This document shows positions 1-7,781 of a DNA stretch of 39,501 nt, piece after piece. The notes under the pieces are model-generated. The model worked only from the letters and a program-made list of their open reading frames with translations. It was not told the DNA's origin and did not search any database. This DNA comes from a virus (taxonomy: Duplodnaviria; Heunggongvirae; Uroviricota; Caudoviricetes). Position 1 is the first letter of the stretch. Each line of letters starts with the position of its first letter. The stretch is taken from IMG/VR virus record IMGVR_UViG_2671180547_000005. One strand, written 5' to 3'. The position numbers and the translations under genes were made by a program.

Positions 1-70
1 TCGGTTTACGGGAAACGGTAAACAGGGCGGCGAATGCTCTGCCATCGGACGGCACCGCCGTTGCCGCGAA
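1..70. repeat. Left inverted-repeat copy of the invertible tail-fibre segment; positions 1-14 are the inner half of a gix-like site
   Basis: Positions 1..70 match the reverse complement of 1250..1319 with one mismatch (position 38). Window starts at the core dinucleotide, so the outer half-site is off-window. Confidence 0.75.
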
Positions 71-362
71 TAGACTCGCCACCCCAAGAAATATTAATGG
101 GGTTCCCTTTGACGGGACGCAGGACATAAACATCACTTCTGGTATAACACAGCAGGATGCGGATTCCCGATATATCCAGGATATCAGGCTGGGAGCAGAG
201 AACAGGCAGGTAATGTACGGTGGGGCATATTACTCTGCGTACGGTAATGTTATGGCAGGCCTGCAGATTGACAGTAAAGTTGATGCTTCAAACGATTTTA
301 TAGCATTCAGACCCCTGCAAAAATTAGTCGGAGGTACATGGATTACGGTATCTCAGTTATAA
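3..362 (+). CDS. Tail fibre protein, variable C-terminal segment (5' partial; constant part off-window)
   Basis: Open frame from position 3 to TAA at 360..362; the first ~23 aa (GLRETVNRAANALPSDGTAVAAN) are shared with the inverted alternative segment, then diverge. Confidence 0.7.
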   Translation, partial: GLRETVNRAANALPSDGTAVAANRLATPRNINGVPFDGTQDINITSGITQQDADSRYIQDIRLGAENRQVMYGGAYYSAYGNVMAGLQIDSKVDASNDFIAFRPLQKLVGGTWITVSQL

Positions 363-413
363 ATAGTCAGTAAATAATATATTTTAAAACAGATTTATTT
401 CCAGGAGGATTTT

Positions 414-935
414 ATGGAACTAAAAAATATAACCCGTTATTATCCTGAAAATATGCCATATGGTAATAATGTTCAGTATTTCCAGAGTGAAGATGGTAAG
501 GATTTCTACGAATCCCTGCCATTATTCACCAAAAAATATAAACTTTGCATAACACCTGACAGCGGCGTTATCTGCTCAATATCACAGGACGCCTCGGCGC
601 TGTATCCTGCGGGGTTTTCTGTGGTTGAGGTCGATGAACTCCCTGAAGGCACGGATATTTCAGGAAACTGGAAGTTTGATAATGGCATAATCTCCCGTAT
701 TCCGGTTAACTACGCAAGAAAACTGGAAGCAATGCGCCAGTCATATCTTAATCAGGCATATGAAAAAATTAATGACTGGAGAACGGAGCTACAACTGGGC
801 ACCATCAGCGATGAAGACAGAGCAGCACTTACCCAATGGATGGCATACATCAGTCAGGTGAAGAAAATGGAACTACCCGCCATTAAAACAGAAGCTGAAT
901 TTAACGCCATTAAATGGCCTGAGCAGCCACAGTAA
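414..935 (+). CDS. Tail fibre assembly chaperone (Tfa / Mu U-like)
   Basis: 173 aa directly downstream of the fibre segment; C-terminus has the W-x-x-Y ... I-x-WP pattern typical of Tfa proteins. Confidence 0.7.
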   Translation: MELKNITRYYPENMPYGNNVQYFQSEDGKDFYESLPLFTKKYKLCITPDSGVICSISQDASALYPAGFSVVEVDELPEGTDISGNWKFDNGIISRIPVNYARKLEAMRQSYLNQAYEKINDWRTELQLGTISDEDRAALTQWMAYISQVKKMELPAIKTEAEFNAIKWPEQPQ

Positions 936-940
936 TAAAG

Positions 941-960
941 AAGGCCGGAAGGCCTTCTGA
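941..960. terminator. Hairpin between convergent tfa and alternative fibre segment
   Basis: Perfect 8-bp stem AGAAGGCC / GGCCTTCT with a 4-nt loop, AU-rich flanks, between two convergent stop codons. Confidence 0.4.
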
Positions 961-966
961 ATATCA

Positions 967-1319
967 TTATATACTTGCAGCCGTCACCCATGCTCCATTT
1001 AACAGATACTGCAACGGCCGGTAATACACGCCGCCGACGTTATCTGCCGTATTCTTACCGACATCCTGTACTTTAATTCCGGTAAGAACATTGCCGCCCC
1101 CCAGATTCAGATCCCAGCTTTCCCATGTTCCGGGCATATGTGCGGTCACCGACCCCAGTCTTATGGCGGTTACTGTTCCTGATGAGATAGTGATATCCTG
1201 CGTCCCGTCAAAGGGAACACCATTAATTGTGTGGGCATTTGCCAGCCTGTTCGCGGCAACGGCGGTGCCGTCCGATGGCAGGGCATTCGCCGCCCTGTTT
1301 ACCGTTTCCCGTAAACCGA
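967..1319 (-). CDS. Alternative tail fibre C-terminal segment (silent here; fused to the constant part after inversion)
   Basis: Minus-strand frame is open from the stop at 1351..1353 down to TAA at 967..969; begins with the same ~23 aa as the plus-strand segment and ends with a different ~95 aa tail. Confidence 0.6.
1250..1319. repeat. Right inverted-repeat copy of the invertible segment
   Basis: Reverse complement matches window 1..70 (69/70). Confidence 0.75.
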
Positions 1320-1331
1320 GGTTTTCAGGAA
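1306..1331. promoter_or_regulatory. gix/hix-like 26-bp recombination site (right copy)
   Basis: TTCCCGTAAACC-GA-GGTTTTCAGGAA: near-palindromic 12-2-12 layout, close to the Mu gix sequence as I recall it, immediately upstream of the invertase gene. Confidence 0.65.
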
Positions 1332-1396
1332 AGCCAGGATTAACTCTGTTTTATTCCTCATGCGACAATTCCGGCTTTTTATAATAAGGAAATCGT

Positions 1397-1969
1397 ATGC
1401 TGATTGGGTATATCAGGGTGTCAACAAATGACCAGAATACGGCGCTACAAAGAAATGCGCTGGAATGTGCAGGATGTGAGCTGTTTTTCGAAGACAGAAT
1501 AAGCGGTAAGACAAGGGAGCGTCCCGGACTTAAACGCGCATTAAAGCGACTCCGGCCAGGGGATACCCTGCTGGTCTGGAAACTGGATCGCCTTGGACGC
1601 AGTATGCAGCACCTTGTCCTTTTAACAGAAGAACTCCGGCAACGCGGCGTTAACTTCCGCAGCATTACGGACAATATTGATACATCCACTCCCATGGGAC
1701 GTTTCTTTTTCCATATAATGGGCGCGCTGGCGGAAATGGAGCGGGAACTCATTATTGAACGTACACGCGCGGGTCTTGCTGCTGCCCGTGCTCAGGGGCG
1801 TCATGGCGGCAGACCTCAGAAACTGACAGAGAAAGAGCGGGAGCAAATCGCCCGTTTGCTGGCTAATGGCGAGTCCCGTAAACAAATCGCACTGATATTT
1901 GATATTGGCCTTTCCACCCTTTATCGTTATTTTCCTGCCTCACCAGCTCCGTCACCAAAAGTACCGTGA
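1397..1969 (+). CDS. gin: Serine DNA invertase, Gin/Hin/Cin/Pin family
   Basis: 190 aa; N-terminal MLIGYIRVSTNDQ with catalytic Ser, resolvase core, C-terminal HTH; adjacent to the gix-like site. Symbol given by analogy to Mu. Confidence 0.9.
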   Translation: MLIGYIRVSTNDQNTALQRNALECAGCELFFEDRISGKTRERPGLKRALKRLRPGDTLLVWKLDRLGRSMQHLVLLTEELRQRGVNFRSITDNIDTSTPMGRFFFHIMGALAEMERELIIERTRAGLAAARAQGRHGGRPQKLTEKEREQIARLLANGESRKQIALIFDIGLSTLYRYFPASPAPSPKVP

Positions 1970-2054
1970 CGCTTTTTTGAATTTCCGCAAAACACATATT
2001 TTTCAGCGGTCGCTATTCTGACTCTGTTTAATTCAGAAACAGGCAGAAAAGACG

Positions 2055-4109
2055 ATGTCAGACTCCAAGTGGAAAATGCTCTCCGCCATGCCCGGAGAGT
2101 TTTCAGTCAAGGTTGCCGGTGGCACGGTGGCATTTATTGAAAGCCCTTTCCGCCCTTCGGGTAATAAAGGGGGGATCACCTTCGCAGACTGCGTGATCCG
2201 CTTCAGCACGAAAGAGCCATTATGGGTAATGCCGGTATCCGGTAATCCCAGTGCAGAAATCACCAGTTCAGGCGTGACTGGCATCATTCCAATCACATCT
2301 GACGTGGCCGGAACGCTCACGCCCTCCGACTGGAATGCACCGGATAACGCCGGGCCTTCCGGTAGCACGAATGGCAGCAGTTCAGAGCCGGAATATTACT
2401 TTGTTGTCATTCTCGCGGGTCAGTCAAATGGCATGGCCTACGGCGAGGGGCTGCCGTTACCGGATTCGTTTGACCGCCCGGACCCACGCATTAAGCAACT
2501 GGCACGCCGCAGTACGGTAACGCCCAACGGTACGTCGTGTACATACAACGACATCATTCCGGCAGACCACTGCCTGCATGATGTTCAGGATATGAGCGGG
2601 ATAAACCACCCGAAAGCTGATCTGGCAAAAGGCCAGTACGGGACTGTCGGTCAGGGGTTGCATATTGCCAAAAAACTGCTTCCCTATATCCCACAGAATG
2701 CCGGGATACTTCTGGTGCCCTGTTGTCGTGGCGGGTCAGCATTCACCACTGGAGCCGACGGCTCATTCAGTGAGGCCAGCGGTGCTTCCGCTGATTCTTC
2801 ACGCTGGGGGGCCGGTAAACCTCTGTATCAGGACCTGGTAAGCCGCACCAAAGTCGCGCTGGCGAAAAACCCGAAAAACAAACTTCTGGCTGTGGTCTGG
2901 ATGCAGGGAGAGGCAGACCTTGCCTCAGGAAGCCAGCAGCATAATAGTTTATTCACGGCCATGGTTCAGCAGTTCAGAACTGACCTGGCTCCGCTTGCTG
3001 CGCAGTGCGTGAGTGGAAATGCCACCACGGTGCCGTGGATTTGCGGTGATACCACGTATTACTGGAAAAACGCTGGCACCGATAAATATGAGGCAGTATA
3101 CGGTGGCTACAAAGGCAAGGAAGCACAGAAAATTTTCTTTGTACCGTTCCTGACGGATGAGAATGGACAGAGCACGCCAACGAATGCTCCGGCGGAAGAC
3201 CCGGATATTGTGGCTGTCGGGTATTACGGTGCAGCATCCCGAACCCAGGGCAGTTTTGTTTCGACACAGCGTGACAGCCATTTCAGCTCATGGGCACGCA
3301 GGGGCGTCATTTCAGACCGTCTGGCCTCAGCTATTATGCTCCATGCAGGGCGCACGGCTGAACTGATGCGTGGGCAGACCGTGACACCACCGGATGAGAA
3401 GCCGTCACCTGATACACCATCAAAACCGTCCACGCCACCCGCAGACACCACGACGATGAGTACGCTATTTGCTTACCGGGCATCTGAGTCTGAAGGACGG
3501 TTGACACCACAGGGTTGGGCTGCCGGAGGTGGCAAGGCTCAAATCGTGGATGATGCCGGAGCCAGCGGGGGTAAGGCAATGAAACTGACCAAGGAAACAG
3601 GAAGAGCCCCCTGGTACCTTGAGCATGATGCTGGTAATGGTGCGGACCTGCTGGGTAAAGGTGGTCTTGTCAGTTGTCGTTTTAAACTCGATGGCGCGCT
3701 TACGGCTAATCAGTACGCACTGGCGCTGTACTGGCCGGTTTCTGCCCTGCCGCAAGGGGTTACTCTGGAAGGAAATGCCGGTCATAACCTGCTGGCATCG
3801 TTCTACGTACAGAGCGATGCCACAGACCTTAACGTGATGTATCACAAAGGAAACACGGCGCAGAACACGAAGCTGGGGTCATTCGGCGCATTTAATAACG
3901 AATGGCATACGCTGGGCTTCCGTTTTGCCGGTAACAACAGTATTGAGGTGACGCCGGTCATTGATGGTAAGGACGGGACACCATTCATGCTGTCGCAGTC
4001 TCCGGTCGGCACGTTTACGGCAGACAAGTTGCGCGTGACCGATATCACTAAAAATGCGACTTACCCGGTACTGATTGACAGTATCGTGGTGGAAGTGAAT
4101 AACGCGTAA
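2055..4109 (+). CDS. NanS-p-like sialate O-acetylesterase (SASA/SGNH domain) with Pro/Thr linker and C-terminal lectin-like domain
   Basis: 684 aa; VVILAGQSNGMAYGEG matches the GQSN motif of the sialate O-acetylesterase family; size and modular layout resemble prophage NanS-p proteins. Confidence 0.6.
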   Translation: MSDSKWKMLSAMPGEFSVKVAGGTVAFIESPFRPSGNKGGITFADCVIRFSTKEPLWVMPVSGNPSAEITSSGVTGIIPITSDVAGTLTPSDWNAPDNAGPSGSTNGSSSEPEYYFVVILAGQSNGMAYGEGLPLPDSFDRPDPRIKQLARRSTVTPNGTSCTYNDIIPADHCLHDVQDMSGINHPKADLAKGQYGTVGQGLHIAKKLLPYIPQNAGILLVPCCRGGSAFTTGADGSFSEASGASADSSRWGAGKPLYQDLVSRTKVALAKNPKNKLLAVVWMQGEADLASGSQQHNSLFTAMVQQFRTDLAPLAAQCVSGNATTVPWICGDTTYYWKNAGTDKYEAVYGGYKGKEAQKIFFVPFLTDENGQSTPTNAPAEDPDIVAVGYYGAASRTQGSFVSTQRDSHFSSWARRGVISDRLASAIMLHAGRTAELMRGQTVTPPDEKPSPDTPSKPSTPPADTTTMSTLFAYRASESEGRLTPQGWAAGGGKAQIVDDAGASGGKAMKLTKETGRAPWYLEHDAGNGADLLGKGGLVSCRFKLDGALTANQYALALYWPVSALPQGVTLEGNAGHNLLASFYVQSDATDLNVMYHKGNTAQNTKLGSFGAFNNEWHTLGFRFAGNNSIEVTPVIDGKDGTPFMLSQSPVGTFTADKLRVTDITKNATYPVLIDSIVVEVNNA

Positions 4110-4110
4110 G

Positions 4111-4146
4111 CAGGATAAAAAAATGCCGCCGGTAAGGGAAAACAAG
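4111..4146 (-). terminator. Intrinsic terminator oriented for leftward transcription
   Basis: 10-bp stem TGCCGCCGGT / ACCGGCGGCA; the 7-nt T-run follows the hairpin only on the minus strand. Confidence 0.5.
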
Positions 4147-4253
4147 AAACCGGCGGCAAAAAGATCGTTATATCCAAAGCAAAAAATGCAGTGCACCTTT
4201 TTACCTAACAGATATTACCGGTGTCAACACCATGTCAATAATTGGGAGGGATA

Positions 4254-4436
4254 ATGACATTTTTACAGCTTATTTTATTGTATTTCTGCACGGCAGTATG
4301 TGCGTTATATCTGGTGAGTGGTGGTTATAAGGCCATCAGAAATTATGTTCGCCGCAAAATTGAGGACGCAGCAGCTGAAAAACTCAGTAAAACAGCGCAG
4401 GTAACTCCGCTCCCAAAAGACCCGACCCAGCCCTGA
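4254..4436 (+). CDS. Small hydrophobic (probably membrane) protein, unknown function
   Basis: ATG at 4254 preceded by GGGAGGG; 60 aa with a hydrophobic N-terminus followed by a charged tail. Confidence 0.45.
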   Translation: MTFLQLILLYFCTAVCALYLVSGGYKAIRNYVRRKIEDAAAEKLSKTAQVTPLPKDPTQP

Positions 4437-4471
4437 TTGCAGGGCTTTATTCCCGCATAAGGAGGATATAC

Positions 4472-4726
4472 ATGCCAGAAATTAAAGGCACCGTCACTGA
4501 AGACCTGGTAAAACAGGCACTGTATTCCGGTGAAGTAAATAAGTTGCTGAAAGCGCAGGTCCGCAAGGATTTTGAGGCACAAATCGACACTTACGTTGAT
4601 GAAGTGCTGGCAAAACTTATTGGGCCAGCAGTTGCGGCCAGTGATGCTGATAATGAGCCGAAAACCGACGCGCAGCCAGAGCAACCAGACCCGGCTCAGC
4701 CCGGAACTGACAGTACCATGATGTAA
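4472..4726 (+). CDS. Small acidic protein, unknown function
   Basis: Strong RBS AAGGAGG 6 nt upstream; 84 aa with an acidic Pro-rich C-terminus. Confidence 0.45.
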   Translation: MPEIKGTVTEDLVKQALYSGEVNKLLKAQVRKDFEAQIDTYVDEVLAKLIGPAVAASDADNEPKTDAQPEQPDPAQPGTDSTMM

Positions 4727-4783
4727 CAATACAAACCGGTGGTGTCCTCTGCCGGTTTGACACTAATGAAAACATCTTTGCCG

Positions 4784-4812
4784 CTATCCAGCCATATGTA
4801 ATCGCTGGATAG
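4784..4812 (+). terminator. Hairpin after the small two-gene cassette
   Basis: Perfect 9-bp inverted repeat CTATCCAGC / GCTGGATAG with an 11-nt loop, followed by a U-rich tract; a second hairpin lies at about 4732..4758. Confidence 0.4.
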
Positions 4813-4893
4813 TATTTCGTATTCAGAAATATAGCTGCTTATGGAGCAGTCAATCCTGCTTCCCCATCCGGGCAGGCAAATGAACCGGTATCA

Positions 4894-5187
4894 TTAGTCC
4901 GATTCACGCTTTTGTAGAATCGTTCCCAGAATGCTATACAGCTCATTAGCCTGTTGCTCCATCATTGAGACGGAGGCTATACGGTGCAAAGTGATTTCAG
5001 GAGGTGGCACACCTCCATCTTCTTGCTGTGGAGGAAAAACATAAGATTTAATAAAAAAGTTGAAGCATATGAACTCTCCCGCACTCGAACTGTATTTGCA
5101 GGCATCTGAATAATCGGAAAAATAATCATTATAGATTTCCGCATTTTCAATCATTTTTCGATTTCTCGTCGTTACATGATTGTCCAT
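4894..5187 (-). CDS. Hypothetical protein in an AT-rich segment (moron candidate)
   Basis: 97 aa; ATG preceded by AAGAGG; region is visibly AT-rich compared with the rest of the phage. Confidence 0.4.
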   Translation of the reverse strand: MDNHVTTRNRKMIENAEIYNDYFSDYSDACKYSSSAGEFICFNFFIKSYVFPPQQEDGGVPPPEITLHRIASVSMMEQQANELYSILGTILQKRESD

Positions 5188-5376
5188 AGCAGCCTCTTAC
5201 GCTGGCAATTAACCAATTGACTTCTATAAATTAGTTGATTTGTTTGCTTTGCGGTATTCAAATGTACAATCATTCAGCACTTATGCGTTACAGCACCGTT
5301 TAAAATTAGTGATCAAACTCATAAATTTTCGCTAATGACATTTCGTGTTATTTGTTGTATCAATTAAATAAATCAA

Positions 5377-5400
5377 ATCGATCGTTTTTGTCGATCGATT
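5377..5400. promoter_or_regulatory. GATC pair in a palindromic context upstream of com-mom
   Basis: GATC at 5380..5383 and 5393..5396 within TCGATCG ... TCGATCGA, about 45 bp upstream of the com start; Mu mom is controlled through GATC methylation. Confidence 0.4.
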
Positions 5401-5443
5401 GAGTGATAAAGATATCAACAACAAAGCAGGAGGTTATGCGGCC

Positions 5444-5644
5444 ATGTATCGAAACATACGGTGCCGACATTGTAACAAGCTACTGGCACGAGCCAGCTTC
5501 AGTTATCTGGAAGTTAAATGTCCGCGCTGTAAAACCCTCAATCAAATCACATCTCAGAGCGCCACAGAGCACCCCACATACACAAGGAAATCCTGTCGTG
5601 GGGAACAGAAAGCAAGTTACATCCCGTATCATCAGCACGCCTGA
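5444..5644 (+). CDS. com: Com-like zinc-finger translational activator of mom
   Basis: 66 aa from the internal ATG with an upstream AGGAGG; CxxC ... CPRC zinc-finger pattern as in Mu Com. Confidence 0.7.
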   Translation: MYRNIRCRHCNKLLARASFSYLEVKCPRCKTLNQITSQSATEHPTYTRKSCRGEQKASYIPYHQHA

Positions 5645-6335
5645 ACTTATTCACTATAACGACAATATCGTCGGTTATGGCTCCCGTGAGTTACGGGTTG
5701 AGACAATAAGTTGCTGGCTGGCCCGGCTGGTCGTCGTCAATAAACATTACAGCCATCGTTTCGTAAATAATTCCTACCTTCATCTGGGCATATTTTCAGA
5801 ACGGGAGCTGGTTGGCGTAATGCAATGGGGTTATGCCCTTAATCCAAACAATGGTGCACGCGTCGTAACTGGCACGCAGAACCGCGAATATATGGAGCTT
5901 AACCGGTTATGGCTGCATGACTGTATGCCGAGAAACTCCGAATCAAGGGCAATCAGTTACGCGCTCAAACTAATCAGACAACTTTATCCGCAGGTGCAGT
6001 GGGTTCAGTCGTTTGCAGATGAGCGTTGTGGCTGTCTTGGTGTCGTGTACCAGGCAAGCAATTTTGATTATGTAGGCAGTCATGAAACAACATTCTATGA
6101 ACTTGATGGCGAGTGGTATCACGAGATTTGCAAGAATGCAATCAAACGAGGAGGACAGCGAGGTGAACATCTGCGGGCTAATATCGACAGAGCCAGTGTT
6201 CATAAATTCCGTCAGTTTCGTTACATCCGGTTTCTGGACAAGAGAGCCAGAAAACGCCTTAACACAAAGCTATTCAAAGTCCAGCCTTACCCAAAACCAC
6301 AAACAGTTAAAACTGGTTTGAAAGAGAGTGAATGA
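5598..6335 (+). CDS. mom: Mom-like DNA modification protein
   Basis: Overlaps the 3' end of com in another frame; GTG at 5598 preceded by AAGGAAA; about 245 aa; last gene before the phage end, as in Mu. Start codon inferred. Confidence 0.55.
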   Translation: MGNRKQVTSRIISTPELIHYNDNIVGYGSRELRVETISCWLARLVVVNKHYSHRFVNNSYLHLGIFSERELVGVMQWGYALNPNNGARVVTGTQNREYMELNRLWLHDCMPRNSESRAISYALKLIRQLYPQVQWVQSFADERCGCLGVVYQASNFDYVGSHETTFYELDGEWYHEICKNAIKRGGQRGEHLRANIDRASVHKFRQFRYIRFLDKRARKRLNTKLFKVQPYPKPQTVKTGLKESE

Positions 6336-6379
6336 ACGCTTAAAAACTCATTCTAAAACTCAAAAGAAAAGCGCCGATT

Positions 6380-6463
6380 TAGTATCAAATAAGTTGCGTA
6401 TCGGCGTTTTTCAGCGGTATCAAATGAAATGCAAATCGGTATCAAAAAAATCGCCGCGCTATA
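6380..6463. repeat. Phage right-end (attR-like) cluster of three closely spaced transposase-site repeats
   Basis: AGTATCAAATAAG (6381), CGGTATCAAATGA (6416), CGGTATCAAAAAAA (6437); inferred terminus about 6456..6463 (...GCGCTATA). Confidence 0.6.
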
Positions 6464-6465
6464 GA

Positions 6466-6504
6466 CAGCCTAAGCGGCTGCTGACCTCCCTGACCATGCT
6501 GTAA
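6466..6504 (+). pseudogene. Detached 3' end of IS66 tnpB (QPKRLLTSLTML-stop)
   Basis: Reads in frame as the continuation of the tnpB that ends at 38853 on the other phage flank (…LLEGIDWR + QPKRLLTSLTML). Confidence 0.5.
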
Positions 6505-6548
6505 ATCTCTTTATCCTGGTTGTCACAGAATAAGCCCGGTAAAATACG

Positions 6549-6853
6549 NNNNNNNNNNNNNNNNNNNNNNNNNNNNNNNNNNNNNNNNNNNNNNNNNNNN
6601 NNNNNNNNNNNNNNNNNNNNNNNNNNNNNNNNNNNNNNNNNNNNNNNNNNNNNNNNNNNNNNNNNNNNNNNNNNNNNNNNNNNNNNNNNNNNNNNNNNNN
6701 NNNNNNNNNNNNNNNNNNNNNNNNNNNNNNNNNNNNNNNNNNNNNNNNNNNNNNNNNNNNNNNNNNNNNNNNNNNNNNNNNNNNNNNNNNNNNNNNNNNN
6801 NNNNNNNNNNNNNNNNNNNNNNNNNNNNNNNNNNNNNNNNNNNNNNNNNNNNN
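6549..6853. other. Assembly gap (305 N)
   Basis: Run of n. Confidence 1.
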
Positions 6854-7221
6854 ACGTCAGCGGGACCAAGACTGTTTTTTGTGGCAAGCGTCCCCAGACC
6901 AAGATAACCACGGGCCAGACGCTGGGCCTCCGCACCGGCATCAGCAATTTCTTTCAGGTTATTTTTCCGGGAAAAGGCATTCGCAGCGATAATGGCTTTA
7001 ATGGACAGCGTAAGCTGGTTTAACTGCGCCTTATCCGGCTGAATACTGGCTTCAGCCAGAATATTCAGCAGTTCGGCCTGGAGAATATTCAGCCAGTCCT
7101 GACCAATCCAGCTGATACCTTTTTGTCCGTCACCTTCGGTAAACCAGGTGGTGGTATTACTCTGCGCCGGTGCCAGCGCAGGCATATTCGCCACGCCGGA
7201 ATTATTATCAACATGAAACAT
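6854..7221 (-). CDS. Tail fibre protein, N-terminal constant part (truncated by the gap)
   Basis: Minus ORF starting at 7221 runs into the N-gap; sits after the gp48-like gene in Mu order. Confidence 0.6.
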
Positions 7222-7781
7222 TAAATAGTCTCCTCTTCATGGCTGTTTGCATAAACGTAAATAAACGTCTGCCATGCAGGCTTATAACGGTTCAGAATAC
7301 ATTCCAGCGCACCGCCTTCATAAATACGCAGCGGCGTGAGAATATCATCCAGCACATTCATATTCCGGTAGCCGGTTTCACTGTTAATCGTGACAATACT
7401 GACCCACTGCGAATCCGGTGAGGGCTGAATGTCAATCTGATAACCAAACTCCGCCGCAAACCGGATATAAAATTCACGGTTCAGCGAGGGCTTCATCCGG
7501 TATTTATTTCCGGCATAACGCTGTCGCTCCGTGAGGGTGGCTCCGGCCATATCACACTCGGGAAGCCCGAGATAACGCTCCCAGTCTTCCAGCAGCAGGC
7601 GCGACGTGTCAGGGAAACGCTCGGCAAGCAGCTGTTTACCCGTCCAGGATACACGCGCTGTCGAATGACTGAGGCCCAGACATAATGATGCCAGTACGGA
7701 TGACGGACGCTTGTCCCATGCCAGCCCGTCAGGCAGTAACTGCAACAGGGCGCGCTGATGCGGGGTCAGGGTTACAGCCAT
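7221..7781 (-). CDS. Mu gp48-like tail protein
   Basis: 186 aa between the baseplate J-like gene and the fibre gene; start overlaps the upstream stop. Confidence 0.6.
   Translation of the reverse strand: MAVTLTPHQRALLQLLPDGLAWDKRPSSVLASLCLGLSHSTARVSWTGKQLLAERFPDTSRLLLEDWERYLGLPECDMAGATLTERQRYAGNKYRMKPSLNREFYIRFAAEFGYQIDIQPSPDSQWVSIVTINSETGYRNMNVLDDILTPLRIYEGGALECILNRYKPAWQTFIYVYANSHEEETI

Larger units (their letters stand above)
1..6463 (+). mobile_element. Mu-like right-end module (invertible fibre segment, invertase, moron genes, com-mom, end repeats), probably belonging to the same prophage
   Basis: Order matches the Mu right end but is on the opposite strand to the main body and separated from it by the gap. 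Confidence 0.6.

Noticed and set aside
1351-1752. Minus-strand ORF overlapping the invertase gene
   Set aside because: Antisense to the invertase; the only meaningful minus-strand coding here is the fibre segment ending at 967.
5403-6335. 310-aa ORF starting at 5403
   Set aside because: The first 65 codons overlap com and the upstream region; a GTG start at 5598 with a ribosome-binding site gives a Mom-sized protein.
6380-6463. Treating the two TTTGATACCG clusters as a genuine direct-repeat pair
   Set aside because: Transposable-phage ends must be inverted; a misoriented block or rearrangement is more plausible, though this cannot be proven from the sequence alone.
6520-6548. Start of IS66 tnpC at TTG 6520
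   Set aside because: Only 9 codons are visible before the gap, too little to support a call.
6459-6947. Minus-strand ORF spanning the N-gap
   Set aside because: Most of it is translated N; the real left part (6460..6548) is better explained as IS66 sequence read on the plus strand.
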